DNA of 46,834 nucleotides, from positions 1 to 46,834 of the IMG/VR virus record IMGVR_UViG_3300044296_000119; one strand, written 5' to 3'. Below the pieces are notes generated by a model, which had not been told where the DNA came from, searched no databases, and was given only the letters and a program-made list of their open reading frames with translations. The position numbers were made by a program, and so were the translations under genes. The DNA is from a virus. Lineage: Duplodnaviria > Caudoviricetes. Below are positions 20,552-29,348 of the stretch, in pieces. The number at the start of each line of letters is the position of its first letter. Position 1 is the stretch's first letter.

Positions 20552-20950
20552 TTAGGTGCGCGTGCTCAGAAGGCCGTAACCAACAACCATCGAATCGCCA
20601 GCAGCAATACCTGCGGTGTCCAAAACTTTGAACGAGCCACCCGACGGAATCATCAGATCGAACGGAATAGGAACGTTTACTTCGCTGTTGACAAGCGCCG
20701 TTTCCCGTGTGATGCACGGCATGAAGTTGTAGCGATTGACTAAGCTGGCAGCCTGAACCAAACCGGCACTATGCTGCGCCAGCACGTTGTTGCTCGGATC
20801 AAGCACTTGAAGAACAATTTGCCGATTGCCCACCGTGGCATTGGATGTATAAGCCACTGAGACAAAAAGCAGATATGTATCTTCATTCACTGTGTTTGAT
20901 TGAAGCGAATTGGTCGCACCTGTTGTGCGTAAACTTTTCGATGAGGGCAT
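20552..20950 (-). CDS. Hypothetical protein (beta-rich)
   Basis: Coupled ORF in the late operon. Confidence 0.6.
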   Translation of the reverse strand: MPSSKSLRTTGATNSLQSNTVNEDTYLLFVSVAYTSNATVGNRQIVLQVLDPSNNVLAQHSAGLVQAASLVNRYNFMPCITRETALVNSEVNVPIPFDLMIPSGGSFKVLDTAGIAAGDSMVVGYGLLSTRT

Positions 20951-20958
20951 TGCAAACC

Positions 20959-21429
20959 TTACTTAACAATGGACAACCCAAGTCGCTTGGCGTCATCCCG
21001 TGCTCTTGCTGAATCTGCTTCTTCTTTTTGTTCTTTACGAGGACGGCCAATGTTCCTAGGAACAACACCGTTCTCAGCAAGCCACTTAGCAGCAGCCGTG
21101 CCTTTGTCGCTACGGCTTTGCTTCTTCATCTGTTCAATGGCTTCACTTCTAATTTTGACTTGAACCTCTGCACGCCACCCCGCAACCACACTGGCAAATG
21201 CTTGCTTATCCATGAGTAGGAGCCAGTGATCCCAGTCGCCAATGAGTTCCATCGCCGCCTTATAATCTGTCGGATCGGAGATGGCGATGTATTTCTTTTT
21301 CCATTCGGAGAGTTTGAACACCGGCTTGTATGCAGACGCCGGATCAGCCAGCTCCTCAAACAAACCTAGCGTCATCCTACGGCCCGTGCTGTCACACAGC
21401 AGGTGCTTGTTCTTTTCGTAGTCGAACAT
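20959..21429 (-). CDS. Putative terminase small subunit
   Basis: Helical 156 aa upstream of TerL, AAKWL..GRP C-terminus; function inferred from synteny. Confidence 0.5.
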   Translation of the reverse strand: MFDYEKNKHLLCDSTGRRMTLGLFEELADPASAYKPVFKLSEWKKKYIAISDPTDYKAAMELIGDWDHWLLLMDKQAFASVVAGWRAEVQVKIRSEAIEQMKKQSRSDKGTAAAKWLAENGVVPRNIGRPRKEQKEEADSARARDDAKRLGLSIVK

Positions 21430-21806
21430 TACTTGCCCACATTCGCCACGAGGCGGGTGCCAAACAAGAAGCCAAACACTGTAGACACAGCATCAATGGC
21501 AACGAGCTTGATGGGTTCGGGAATCTCAGGCATATAAGCCAGTGCACCGCCACCCACAATCACAACACCAGCCGCCACGTAGCGAGCTGAAGCACGGAGG
21601 TCAATCACCCACTGCGAGGGCGTGCCGCCCGGATTGTCAAGCGCAGCCACTGCTTTGAGTCGTTCAATTTCGTTGTTATCGAGTTGGATTTGTTCCTGCA
21701 CTGTCGTGGCTTTGACACCACCAAGCTTGTGCGAAATGAATTGCTTCGTGCCTTCAGTAAAGACCGGAACGAATGCGGAGATGAGAGCAGAGAGTAACGG
21801 CCCCAT
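21429..21806 (-). CDS. Putative holin / membrane protein
   Basis: Up to three hydrophobic segments, C-terminal FLFG.R. Confidence 0.55.
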   Translation of the reverse strand: MGPLLSALISAFVPVFTEGTKQFISHKLGGVKATTVQEQIQLDNNEIERLKAVAALDNPGGTPSQWVIDLRASARYVAAGVVIVGGGALAYMPEIPEPIKLVAIDAVSTVFGFLFGTRLVANVGK

Positions 21807-21988
21807 TACTTAACCTTTTTCTTTTTCTTATACCAATCGTAGATTTGTAAGCACGACCATGCGAAGGCAGCCAGCGAAGCAAGCACTGCCGTCACCGGCT
21901 GAAGCCAGCCCGCAATCGAAGAAACAATAGCTGTCCAAGAAAGCACGTCACCAGCCACCTTTGTATGTTGAGGGATGTTCTGAATCAT
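21806..21988 (-). CDS. Small membrane protein, holin-like
   Basis: Two hydrophobic helices and a Lys-rich tail. Confidence 0.55.
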   Translation of the reverse strand: MIQNIPQHTKVAGDVLSWTAIVSSIAGWLQPVTAVLASLAAFAWSCLQIYDWYKKKKKVK

Positions 21989-22338
21989 TTCGGTGTCCCT
22001 CGGAACGGCTCCTCAATAGATCGGACAGCATGGTTGGGCTGAAACAAACCAGTGAGCCAGTTGACAAATTTAAACTTAGGTGGGATTGGTTCACCACTTT
22101 CTACCCACCGACCAGTGTGTGAGCTGATGGTTTCACGCGGATCGCCGTCGAAATAGTCGGCATTGCACACACCATCCAAGCCTTGACCTGTGCGTGTAAC
22201 CCAGTCACGTTCTTTCTCATCACCCGTGATTGCATACTTGATGATGCCGAAGAACTGCTTGATGATGGTTAGGATGGTGCCTACACCAAACACCAGCCAG
22301 TAGAGGAAGCCGACAATGACAATCTTGAGTCGGTTCAC
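21985..22338 (-). CDS. Hypothetical membrane protein
   Basis: N-terminal TM segment, GD.RETISS..GR motif. Confidence 0.6.
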   Translation of the reverse strand: MNRLKIVIVGFLYWLVFGVGTILTIIKQFFGIIKYAITGDEKERDWVTRTGQGLDGVCNADYFDGDPRETISSHTGRWVESGEPIPPKFKFVNWLTGLFQPNHAVRSIEEPFRGTPK

Positions 22339-22748
22339 AGTTGGCTCCGCAGTTGTTGGATTGCAGCTTCTTGTTGCAGAGCTTTTTGGTAGAACACCGA
22401 CGCTTGTGCTTGCGGATAGGCTTGGCCAATGGCCAGCATCAACTCCCTAATTGCGCGTTGTGTAACTGGATTGGAGTTCTCTAGCGTAGCAATCTGATTG
22501 ATGACAGCAGCTTTAGTTCGAGCTGCAATGTCTTCAGGGCTGCGAGGGATTGCAGTCCATGTGCCATCACCGTTGTCACTAACCCAATACAGGTTGTCAT
22601 CAGGACGAGGCTGTTGCTCAACCTCCGTAATACCAATTGCCGCCTTCTCTTCTGGGGTTGAAAGGTTCAACCAATTGGACGGGTATTGAATGCCATCAAT
22701 TTCAAAGGGCACACCTTCAGGAAGATGCTTGCCATTAAGCAGGAACAT
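22335..22748 (-). CDS. Tail-fibre-associated (assembly-like) protein
   Basis: Follows the fibre gene; YP.NWL...EEK.AIGI motif. Confidence 0.6.
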   Translation of the reverse strand: MFLLNGKHLPEGVPFEIDGIQYPSNWLNLSTPEEKAAIGITEVEQQPRPDDNLYWVSDNGDGTWTAIPRSPEDIAARTKAAVINQIATLENSNPVTQRAIRELMLAIGQAYPQAQASVFYQKALQQEAAIQQLRSQL

Positions 22749-22750
22749 AG

Positions 22751-25099
22751 TTATCTCGCGTTAGAGTATTTGAACGGATTCTCAGCAAACGCTAAGTAGA
22801 TGTAAGTGTTTGCTTGGTTGTCTTGCCCTGTGTTCCGCAACTTAATTCCGTTGGCAAGGAAGTCCATTCGTGCAGTTCCAGCGCCAGCTTCAGTTGCTGC
22901 TGAAGATGCGTAGATGTATTGTTGCTCTGCGTTGTAAGCATCACGCGCTGAATCATGAATTACCCAGTCTTCAAGAGCACCAAGATTTTTGAGCATTACA
23001 AACCGTGGCCGGAAGCCTAGATAAATAAACGTGCCATCAACAGCGGCATTGCCGGTGTAGGTTCCAATCCTGCTAAAGCCCGGAATTTCAGCAAACAACC
23101 ACGCTACATACGTAGCAGTGTTTCCATTTACTGTCGCATTGGTGCCCAGTGAAAACACACTACTTGTCGGTGCAGTGCTGTTCCACACGGTCGCATCCGC
23201 CGTCGATCCATTTGTCGTGTTGAGCGAAAGGTAGTTGCCTGCACCAGCTCCTGCACTGTAGACATATGGGGCTATTGCTCCGCTACGCCCCTTTACAATG
23301 ATTAGAGATGGGGCAATACCAAGGGAATGGTTGACTGTTCGATTGACCCCCGTGCCGGTGTAGGTAACGATGTCGAGGCCGGATGTCGCCCCTTTCTTCA
23401 TGCACCAAGCTACTTCAGAATCACCACTAACTGCCAAGTTGGATGTTGATGTATACGTGAAGCCGTTACTATTGAACGACGAAATGCGGTTGTCGTTCAG
23501 TTCCGCGTTTGTAAGATTGGGAAACAACGTAAAACCAACACCGCGCACACTGTCGTAGATTTCATGGTTGCGGGCGACACTACGGCATTTGGGCCACAAC
23601 AAATCAGGCTGAAAGTTCAGACCTGTTACAGTTGCACCACCAGTGACTCCAGTAAAAGTAAGGACATCAAAGTAGTTGCTGCCCTTTTTAATTGAAGGAA
23701 CACTGAGATTGGGAGCGCACAGCGCAACAAATCCAGACGGCGGAGTAAAACTAAATGTCTGCTGACCAAAGTTGGCATTGCAAGCATTGGTAGCTGCACT
23801 TGACACCATGCCAATGTTGAACGGTGCGCGAGCAGTCGAGATAGTGAAGGTTGGATTGAGTCCGTTCGCAGGATCGCCAGTTGTTCCAAACGACGAGTCA
23901 TACCAAGTGTTGTTGCGTCCAATCCAGAATTTGCCATTAGTTGCATCAGCAGCAAATTGAATTGTTCCTGCGGGAAGAAATCGTGTCGCACCTAATGACG
24001 CACCAAATCCACCGCCATCAGAACTTACAAATATTCCACCGCCATTGTCATAGGCTTCCCATAAGCCTGTTGCAGTAGTCGAGCCACCACCAATAGATAC
24101 AGGCGATGCCAAGTTGTCTGCGAGAATACACATACCAATGGAGGCATACGCTGCGGTGTTGGTGAACTCCGCATAATATTTCCCATTGAAGAACGGCATC
24201 GTAGAGATAGACATACTTGCCGATCCCCCGAAAGTGTTTGTCAAACCGCCATTACTGATAGCAGAAGCTGATCCTTTCCAGAGCTGGTTTAAAACAGCAT
24301 AGTTGCCGCTAGGCTGTGTCCCGCTGGCTTGGCCTGCACAATAAGGGACGTCCAATACTGAGTCATAGTTGGAACCTGCCGACAAGCTGATTCCATTAGG
24401 AGTCCAGTTGTTGCCATTGCCGCTTGTGTCTTTAACAAGATTGGCTGTGCTGCTGGTGTCGGTGAACGGGCAAAATTGACCATTGATTCCAAACGCCCCT
24501 GAGTATTGAATTGGAACCCATGCACCAGTTGTTGCATCGGTTTGAGCAAACGACGACGGTGTTAGCACCTGTCCATCTACAAAAATCAGATTGGCTGAGT
24601 AGCCATCAAACGGATTGACCAAACCAACACGATTGGCGAAATAGTGAACACGGTTGGAATTGATGAACACATCACTTGCAGTTGGTGCCGTGCCTGTAAG
24701 TGTTAGTGTTTGGTTGTTGACGTATAATGTGACGGTAGTGCCGTTCTTAGAAACCACAACGTGATACCACGACGATGGATCACGAAACACTTGATTGGAC
24801 ACACGAGAGCCGTGGTCTGCGCCACCCGAACGAACAAAGTATGTCAGCCTATCGCTCGAATCAAACGAGATGTCAGTGTAATTGTTCGAGTCAGTAACAG
24901 CATTAAACACACCCTGCGTAGCACCCAGTGTTCCACGCTTCACCCAAACACTGAGTGTCCACTTGGTGTTGTCTGTTGGTGATCCAAACGTCCGGTTGAG
25001 ATAGCCGGTAGCAGAGCTTCGCGTGCGAAGTGAGCGTGTGATTTGATAGCCGACGTTGGGGCCACCGCCACCGATGTTAGGGATACCCGGAGCAAACAT
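22751..25099 (-). CDS. Tail fibre / receptor-binding protein with LamG- and SPRY-like lectin domains
   Basis: WTLSVWVKR, FRDPSSWYHVV, NFGQ, FQPDLLW.K.R, GFRPRFVM.K, YIYLAFAE motifs. Confidence 0.75.
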   Translation of the reverse strand: MFAPGIPNIGGGGPNVGYQITRSLRTRSSATGYLNRTFGSPTDNTKWTLSVWVKRGTLGATQGVFNAVTDSNNYTDISFDSSDRLTYFVRSGGADHGSRVSNQVFRDPSSWYHVVVSKNGTTVTLYVNNQTLTLTGTAPTASDVFINSNRVHYFANRVGLVNPFDGYSANLIFVDGQVLTPSSFAQTDATTGAWVPIQYSGAFGINGQFCPFTDTSSTANLVKDTSGNGNNWTPNGISLSAGSNYDSVLDVPYCAGQASGTQPSGNYAVLNQLWKGSASAISNGGLTNTFGGSASMSISTMPFFNGKYYAEFTNTAAYASIGMCILADNLASPVSIGGGSTTATGLWEAYDNGGGIFVSSDGGGFGASLGATRFLPAGTIQFAADATNGKFWIGRNNTWYDSSFGTTGDPANGLNPTFTISTARAPFNIGMVSSAATNACNANFGQQTFSFTPPSGFVALCAPNLSVPSIKKGSNYFDVLTFTGVTGGATVTGLNFQPDLLWPKCRSVARNHEIYDSVRGVGFTLFPNLTNAELNDNRISSFNSNGFTYTSTSNLAVSGDSEVAWCMKKGATSGLDIVTYTGTGVNRTVNHSLGIAPSLIIVKGRSGAIAPYVYSAGAGAGNYLSLNTTNGSTADATVWNSTAPTSSVFSLGTNATVNGNTATYVAWLFAEIPGFSRIGTYTGNAAVDGTFIYLGFRPRFVMLKNLGALEDWVIHDSARDAYNAEQQYIYASSAATEAGAGTARMDFLANGIKLRNTGQDNQANTYIYLAFAENPFKYSNAR

Positions 25100-25956
25100 T
25101 AAGCTTTGCCTGTGTCCTGAGCGTAGGACATCAGTTCGAGATTGGAACCATTTACCCGGAACAGCAGAGCGTCTGTCTTACCAGCAGTGGCTGTCGGAGT
25201 GTATTGAGCTACGTTCTTGTAGTTGGCACCGAAGGCTACGGTGTTGGACGTAGTGAACGTGATGTAGATGGCAATATAGGTTTTGTCAGTGACAGCCGAG
25301 GGGTTGGCAATGGTGAACGTAGAGCCGTTGACATTAACAGTCCAATGCTGGCCTGCCGTAAAGTCGGAAGACGCACCACTCGTCAGAGCCTGATCGCTGG
25401 CCTTTTGCGTTCCAGTCCAAGCGTTCTTGCTGGCGAGGTTGACATCGAGGGTGGAACCCGTAACACCCAGTGTCGAACCAACTGTCAGCTCCGTCGGAGG
25501 AGAACCAGCTCCTGTAGCAGAGCTACCAAGGAGCTTGCTGTTGGCTGAGACATTTTGCATCTTGGCATAGGTCACTGCTCCATTAGCCAACTCTGTGGCA
25601 GTGATGGAACCAGCAGCTACTGTGGCAACAACCGACTGCCACGAAACAACCGTGCCATTTGTTCCTAGGAACTTTCCAGCATTGCCAGTCTGGGAAGGGA
25701 TGACGAGGGTGGAGACACCAAGCCCGCTTTGCAGATCGACAAGGCGAACAGCATCACTGGAGTTCACCGGGGATGCGAGGTTGATTAGCCTGTTGGAGTT
25801 CATATCCAACGTCGCACTCATAGTGTTGGGCGACGTCCCATCACGGGACAGGGTGTTGTCTATGGCTGCCGCGATTGCGGCGAAGTTGGCGTTGATGGTA
25901 GCTACAGAAGAGTAGCTACTAACAATTGTTGAAAGAGAGAGTTTGGCCATTCCCAC
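25099..25956 (-). CDS. Tail fibre / adaptor protein
   Basis: N.LSRDG..PN.M...LDMN..R..NL..P N-terminus; Q.G.AGKFL.TNG...SW. Confidence 0.7.
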   Translation of the reverse strand: MGMAKLSLSTIVSSYSSVATINANFAAIAAAIDNTLSRDGTSPNTMSATLDMNSNRLINLASPVNSSDAVRLVDLQSGLGVSTLVIPSQTGNAGKFLGTNGTVVSWQSVVATVAAGSITATELANGAVTYAKMQNVSANSKLLGSSATGAGSPPTELTVGSTLGVTGSTLDVNLASKNAWTGTQKASDQALTSGASSDFTAGQHWTVNVNGSTFTIANPSAVTDKTYIAIYITFTTSNTVAFGANYKNVAQYTPTATAGKTDALLFRVNGSNLELMSYAQDTGKA

Positions 25957-26027
25957 TTATTCTTATTGTTGGTGCAACACATGTTCCTAAGAACACGTTG
26001 CGTGGGTGAGAATGTGATTCTGAAAGC

Positions 26028-26054
26028 TTAGACAGCTAAATTTGAAAAAAGTTC
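26028..26054 (-). promoter_or_regulatory. SigmaE-type promoter at the head of the structural arm
   Basis: GAACTT-16 nt-TCTAA about 70 bp upstream of the first late gene. Confidence 0.7.
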
Positions 26055-26716
26055 AATTTGCTCCTTGCGTTCTATGGTTGGTGTTTAGTAAAGTCAGATT
26101 GTCACAATTGAGGGGTTGTGACAATTTTTGTTAGCGACTTTTAAGGTGCAAGTGCACTGTGAGCGTTGACCCCCTACCCCCTGGGGTGGGGTTGCCACGC
26201 ATTAGCTGCTAATAATTAATAATAAGATGTATATATATTAATAATAAGTTGTTCAGGGACTGTATATATGTTCTTAAGAACATTGGCATTAGAACCACTT
26301 CCCGCATATGTAGTTGTTATTAGTAGTTGTTGTTTATATTCAAGCAGCAACTGCTGTGCCAGCCGCCGTCCTTTAGGACGCCGTTCCAATTCGCCACCAA
26401 TAGCTTTAGCTATCCGATCAGGGTAGCTGGAGGGGTCTAGCAGCTATGCTGCTGACCCCCGGTAGTTGGGCGATCAGCCAAAAGTTGGCGTAAGCCAAAA
26501 GCCGTGCCAGAGCAGCTCAACATGTCTTTAGACACGTTGGTTGGAGCAGTGTTGCCGCTTGGCATGGTGGTTGCTACGCGCCCGCGCCGTTCTAAGAGCT
26601 TAAATAGCTTCTCGAATGACAACAGCTTTATCGTTGGCATGAGAGAAGCAAGCTCTTAGAACAATAAAAACCTTTCTCTTAGAGCATTAAAAGCTCTGCA
26701 CTCAGAAAGGTTCTAC

Positions 26717-26831
26717 CTCAAAGTCACATCTAGTTTCTCCTATAGGGGAAATTCACCCCCTACACGAAGTGAAGGGGGATGAATTCCCCCCAACAACATA
26801 GGAGAAACAAAAACCAGATGTGACATTTGAG
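26717..26831. repeat. Long imperfect inverted repeat
   Basis: CTCAAA, GTCACATCT, GTTTCTCCTAT, GGGGGAATTCA and CCCCCT each pair with mirrored blocks. Confidence 0.85.
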
Positions 26832-27596
26832 TGCAGAACCCAAAGGGCGGCCAGCGTCCTTCGGAATCGGCACTCACAGGGCGACAGCGCATCACTGTCG
26901 CTACGGAGAATTGGGCATGTGACCAGAGCACAACACAGCCTCACCACGGCGAAATTGGGTCGGCTCCAGCGGGAAGCGGAGCTAGCTGCCAGTCGAAAGA
27001 CTGCCACCAGCAGCAGGGTAAGTATCCCAACGTCTAGGTGTAGCCCAATGGGGCTAGTCGGAAAGTTGTGACGTTCCTAGGAACAAAATCGGGAATCGGC
27101 AGAACTGCCTCTCACACTCAGCGCAAACCACGTTCGATGGTTGCTGGCTGTGAAACAGAGCCGTGTAGCAATCCGTATTCTAGGTCGAGCATTCTGCTCA
27201 TGATAAGTCGTCGCAATCATCCGGCTGGCTTTGTCCGAAAGGACTTAGGGACGGAAGGTGAGCGAAAAAGTGCGACATCGCTACCCTGCATAGCAGGTTC
27301 AACGTAAGCCTTCCCACAAGTGATGTTTGCTTGTGAAAGCGGACATGTTCCCACTCGACTAGTCATCTGCGATGACATTTGAACGAGTCCGCTTCCTCAA
27401 GCGAACGGAGGTTGTATGCAAATGCGAGGCAAGCCAGTGAAGGTGAGCGGTATACACGACAACGTCTACCGGGACACCCGACGTAAGTCGGATCGTCCAC
27501 GCTACTGGTCGTGGCAACCGCCCAAGCGTAGCAAATGTGTGCGAATACCTGTCAGCCAATACTTGGCTGAACAGCAGCAGTCCGTGGCCTAGCACG
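26828..27596 (+). ncRNA. Candidate large structured non-coding RNA (family unassigned, ends approximate)
   Basis: Continuous nested helices, GNRA tetraloops and G-U pairs on the plus strand, no credible ORF. Confidence 0.65.
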
Positions 27597-27625
27597 TTCC
27601 TAGGAACATCATCAGGAGAGCACGA

Positions 27626-28114
27626 ATGAACGAACAATTCAAAGCGGCAGTGCTTGCGGTGAAATCGCTGGACAAAAAGACGGGTGGCCTATGGCGTGCC
27701 CTCGTGCAGTTCATCTGCACGGACAGCGAACCCGTTGCCAAAGGCGAAGCCAAAGGCACGGACATGAAGCCGGTGTTCAAAGCGGCGGAGCAAACCGCAT
27801 TGGCTGAGATGAAAGTCAAGATGGCGGACAACTCCACCTATCGCGTGCAGAAGAACCTGATCTGCAACTGCGTGAAGGCGGGCATCGCACTGATGGACGA
27901 GAAGGGCCAGCCGCGTGGCAAGTCCGAGCTGGAAGCGGAGCTGGACGAAACCAAGGTGCCGAAGACCGAGCTTGAGAAGTTCAAGCTCGCAGTGAACACG
28001 CTCACCAACATCGGCAAGAAACTCGATGCAAGCGAGCGCCTCATTGCCACCGCATTGGTGAGCGATGTGCTGAAGGACATGACTGCCAGCATGGAACTGA
28101 AGGCGGCAGCCTAA
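27626..28114 (+). CDS. Hypothetical early protein (paralogue of 31468-31995)
   Basis: AGGAG RBS, first gene of the arm. Confidence 0.8.
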   Translation: MNEQFKAAVLAVKSLDKKTGGLWRALVQFICTDSEPVAKGEAKGTDMKPVFKAAEQTALAEMKVKMADNSTYRVQKNLICNCVKAGIALMDEKGQPRGKSELEAELDETKVPKTELEKFKLAVNTLTNIGKKLDASERLIATALVSDVLKDMTASMELKAAA

Positions 28115-28131
28115 CAGGTAACGAGTGAGAG

Positions 28132-28202
28132 GGCTGCGTAGTTTAAAGGGAGAACTCCGCCCATTAGGGGCGGCAGTGCGGGTTCGATTCCCGCCGCACC
28201 TC
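28132..28202 (+). tRNA. tRNA-like element with TTA at the anticodon position (pseudo-tRNA or suppressor)
   Basis: D-arm, CCGCC-CATTAGG-GGCGG arm, GCGGG-TTCGATT-CCCGC T-arm; C-C acceptor mismatch, A33, no CCA. Confidence 0.55.
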
Positions 28203-28222
28203 TAATTACAGGAGCATGAACG

Positions 28223-28441
28223 ATGAACCTGATTGATCTGCCACCCGCAGACAAGGGTAGCGCAGTGGAAGACACGGACTCTCCCCATGCCACGCATTGG
28301 CTGATGCGGACACGAGAAGGCACGGAGTTCGTGACCAAGCACCGCTATACATGGGAGCAAGTGCAAAACTGGGAGTGCAGCGAACCTGTGATGCCTCTGA
28401 CTGCATCCATGCTCCCGTGCGCGAAGACCAACCGTTCCTAG
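28223..28441 (+). CDS. Hypothetical protein
   Basis: AGGAG upstream, operon position. Confidence 0.5.
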   Translation: MNLIDLPPADKGSAVEDTDSPHATHWLMRTREGTEFVTKHRYTWEQVQNWECSEPVMPLTASMLPCAKTNRS

Positions 28442-28463
28442 GAACAACTTAGCAAGGGAGCAT

Positions 28464-28661
28464 GTGATGTTCGAGCAATTGGATGGCAAGACCAAGGCAG
28501 TGACTGAGCGGCGCTATTCAAAACTATTGGAGCACGACTACAACCATGTGCTCTTGTCCAGTGAAGAGCGCAGCGTCTGTGACATCTGCCGCAAGCGGAA
28601 GCACACCACGGTGAATGGCGTGTGTCTCGACTGCGCCATGAGCAAGAAGCGTGTTCACTAA
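28464..28661 (+). CDS. Small zinc-finger protein
   Basis: CDIC...CLDC; GGGAG RBS. Confidence 0.6.
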   Translation: MMFEQLDGKTKAVTERRYSKLLEHDYNHVLLSSEERSVCDICRKRKHTTVNGVCLDCAMSKKRVH

Positions 28662-28672
28662 GGGAGATACGA

Positions 28673-28894
28673 ATGGCCAAGCAGAAAGGCAGCGCAAAGA
28701 TCGGACGCAGCAAGCGTTCCCCTTCCCACTCCTACTACAACTCGGTAAAGAAAGCCGAGTTCAACAAAGCACGTAACGTGGAGAAGGAGAAGGCACGTCA
28801 GGACAAGGCGAAGAACAAGCACATCGCTGTGCCTCGTGGCACTGCCCGTGCCAAGCGCCGCGCTGCATTGCAACCTGTAAGGGAGGCAGCGTGA
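28673..28894 (+). CDS. Small highly basic protein
   Basis: GGGAG RBS, MAKQKGSAK..., Lys/Arg-rich. Confidence 0.65.
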   Translation: MAKQKGSAKIGRSKRSPSHSYYNSVKKAEFNKARNVEKEKARQDKAKNKHIAVPRGTARAKRRAALQPVREAA

Positions 28895-29052
28895 ACGCAC
28901 CCGACCTCAGCAAGCTGAGCAAGGAGCACATCTATGAGAGCGGGTTTAAAGCATGGCTCGCTGCTCACAAGCGTGCTCTTGGCTGGCGTGCTGTTGCACT
29001 CGTATCAATGGCAGGCAATGTGGTGCAGTGGCTGGCCAGCACGGTGCGGTGA
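28891..29052 (+). CDS. Hypothetical protein (53 aa)
   Basis: GGAGG RBS, GTGA coupling; absent from the ORF track. Confidence 0.5.
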   Translation: MNAPDLSKLSKEHIYESGFKAWLAAHKRALGWRAVALVSMAGNVVQWLASTVR

Positions 29053-29282
29053 TGCGCTTGCCCAACCTACCCAACCATCGTTGGATTGCGATGGATGAGA
29101 ACGGCAGATGGTATGCCTACACACAGCAACCTGTGGTGGGCACTGCTCAGTGGATAGTGGACTCCGACTACACACCACTGCTCAAAAGTGTGGACACCAG
29201 CATTGTGGCAGACAACTGGAAGGAGAGTTGCATTGACCTCGACGCCATTGAAGAAACACCGCCGTCCACCGATCCCGCGTAG
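29052..29282 (+). CDS. Hypothetical phage protein
   Basis: TGATG coupling; WIAMD.NG.WY.Y...P...WKES motif. Confidence 0.6.
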   Translation: MRLPNLPNHRWIAMDENGRWYAYTQQPVVGTAQWIVDSDYTPLLKSVDTSIVADNWKESCIDLDAIEETPPSTDPA

Positions 29283-29348
29283 CACTCCGATGCGGGACAG
29301 GAAGAATGATTACCGCCGTAAATCAAAGCATCCTAACAAGGAGACAAC

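Noticed and set aside
26828-27596. Group I/II intron, tmRNA or RNase P RNA
   Set aside because: No interrupted gene, no complete group II domain V (GAGCCGTG near 27158 belongs to another hairpin) and no tRNA-like ends; not formally excluded without covariance models
26437-27637. Short ORFs called in the intergenic region
   Set aside because: No RBS, overlapping on both strands, atypical composition; better explained by RNA structure
28132-28202. Genome-wide stop-codon recoding implied by the TTA tRNA-like element
   Set aside because: Genes are full length under the standard code and TAA is a frequent, coupled stop
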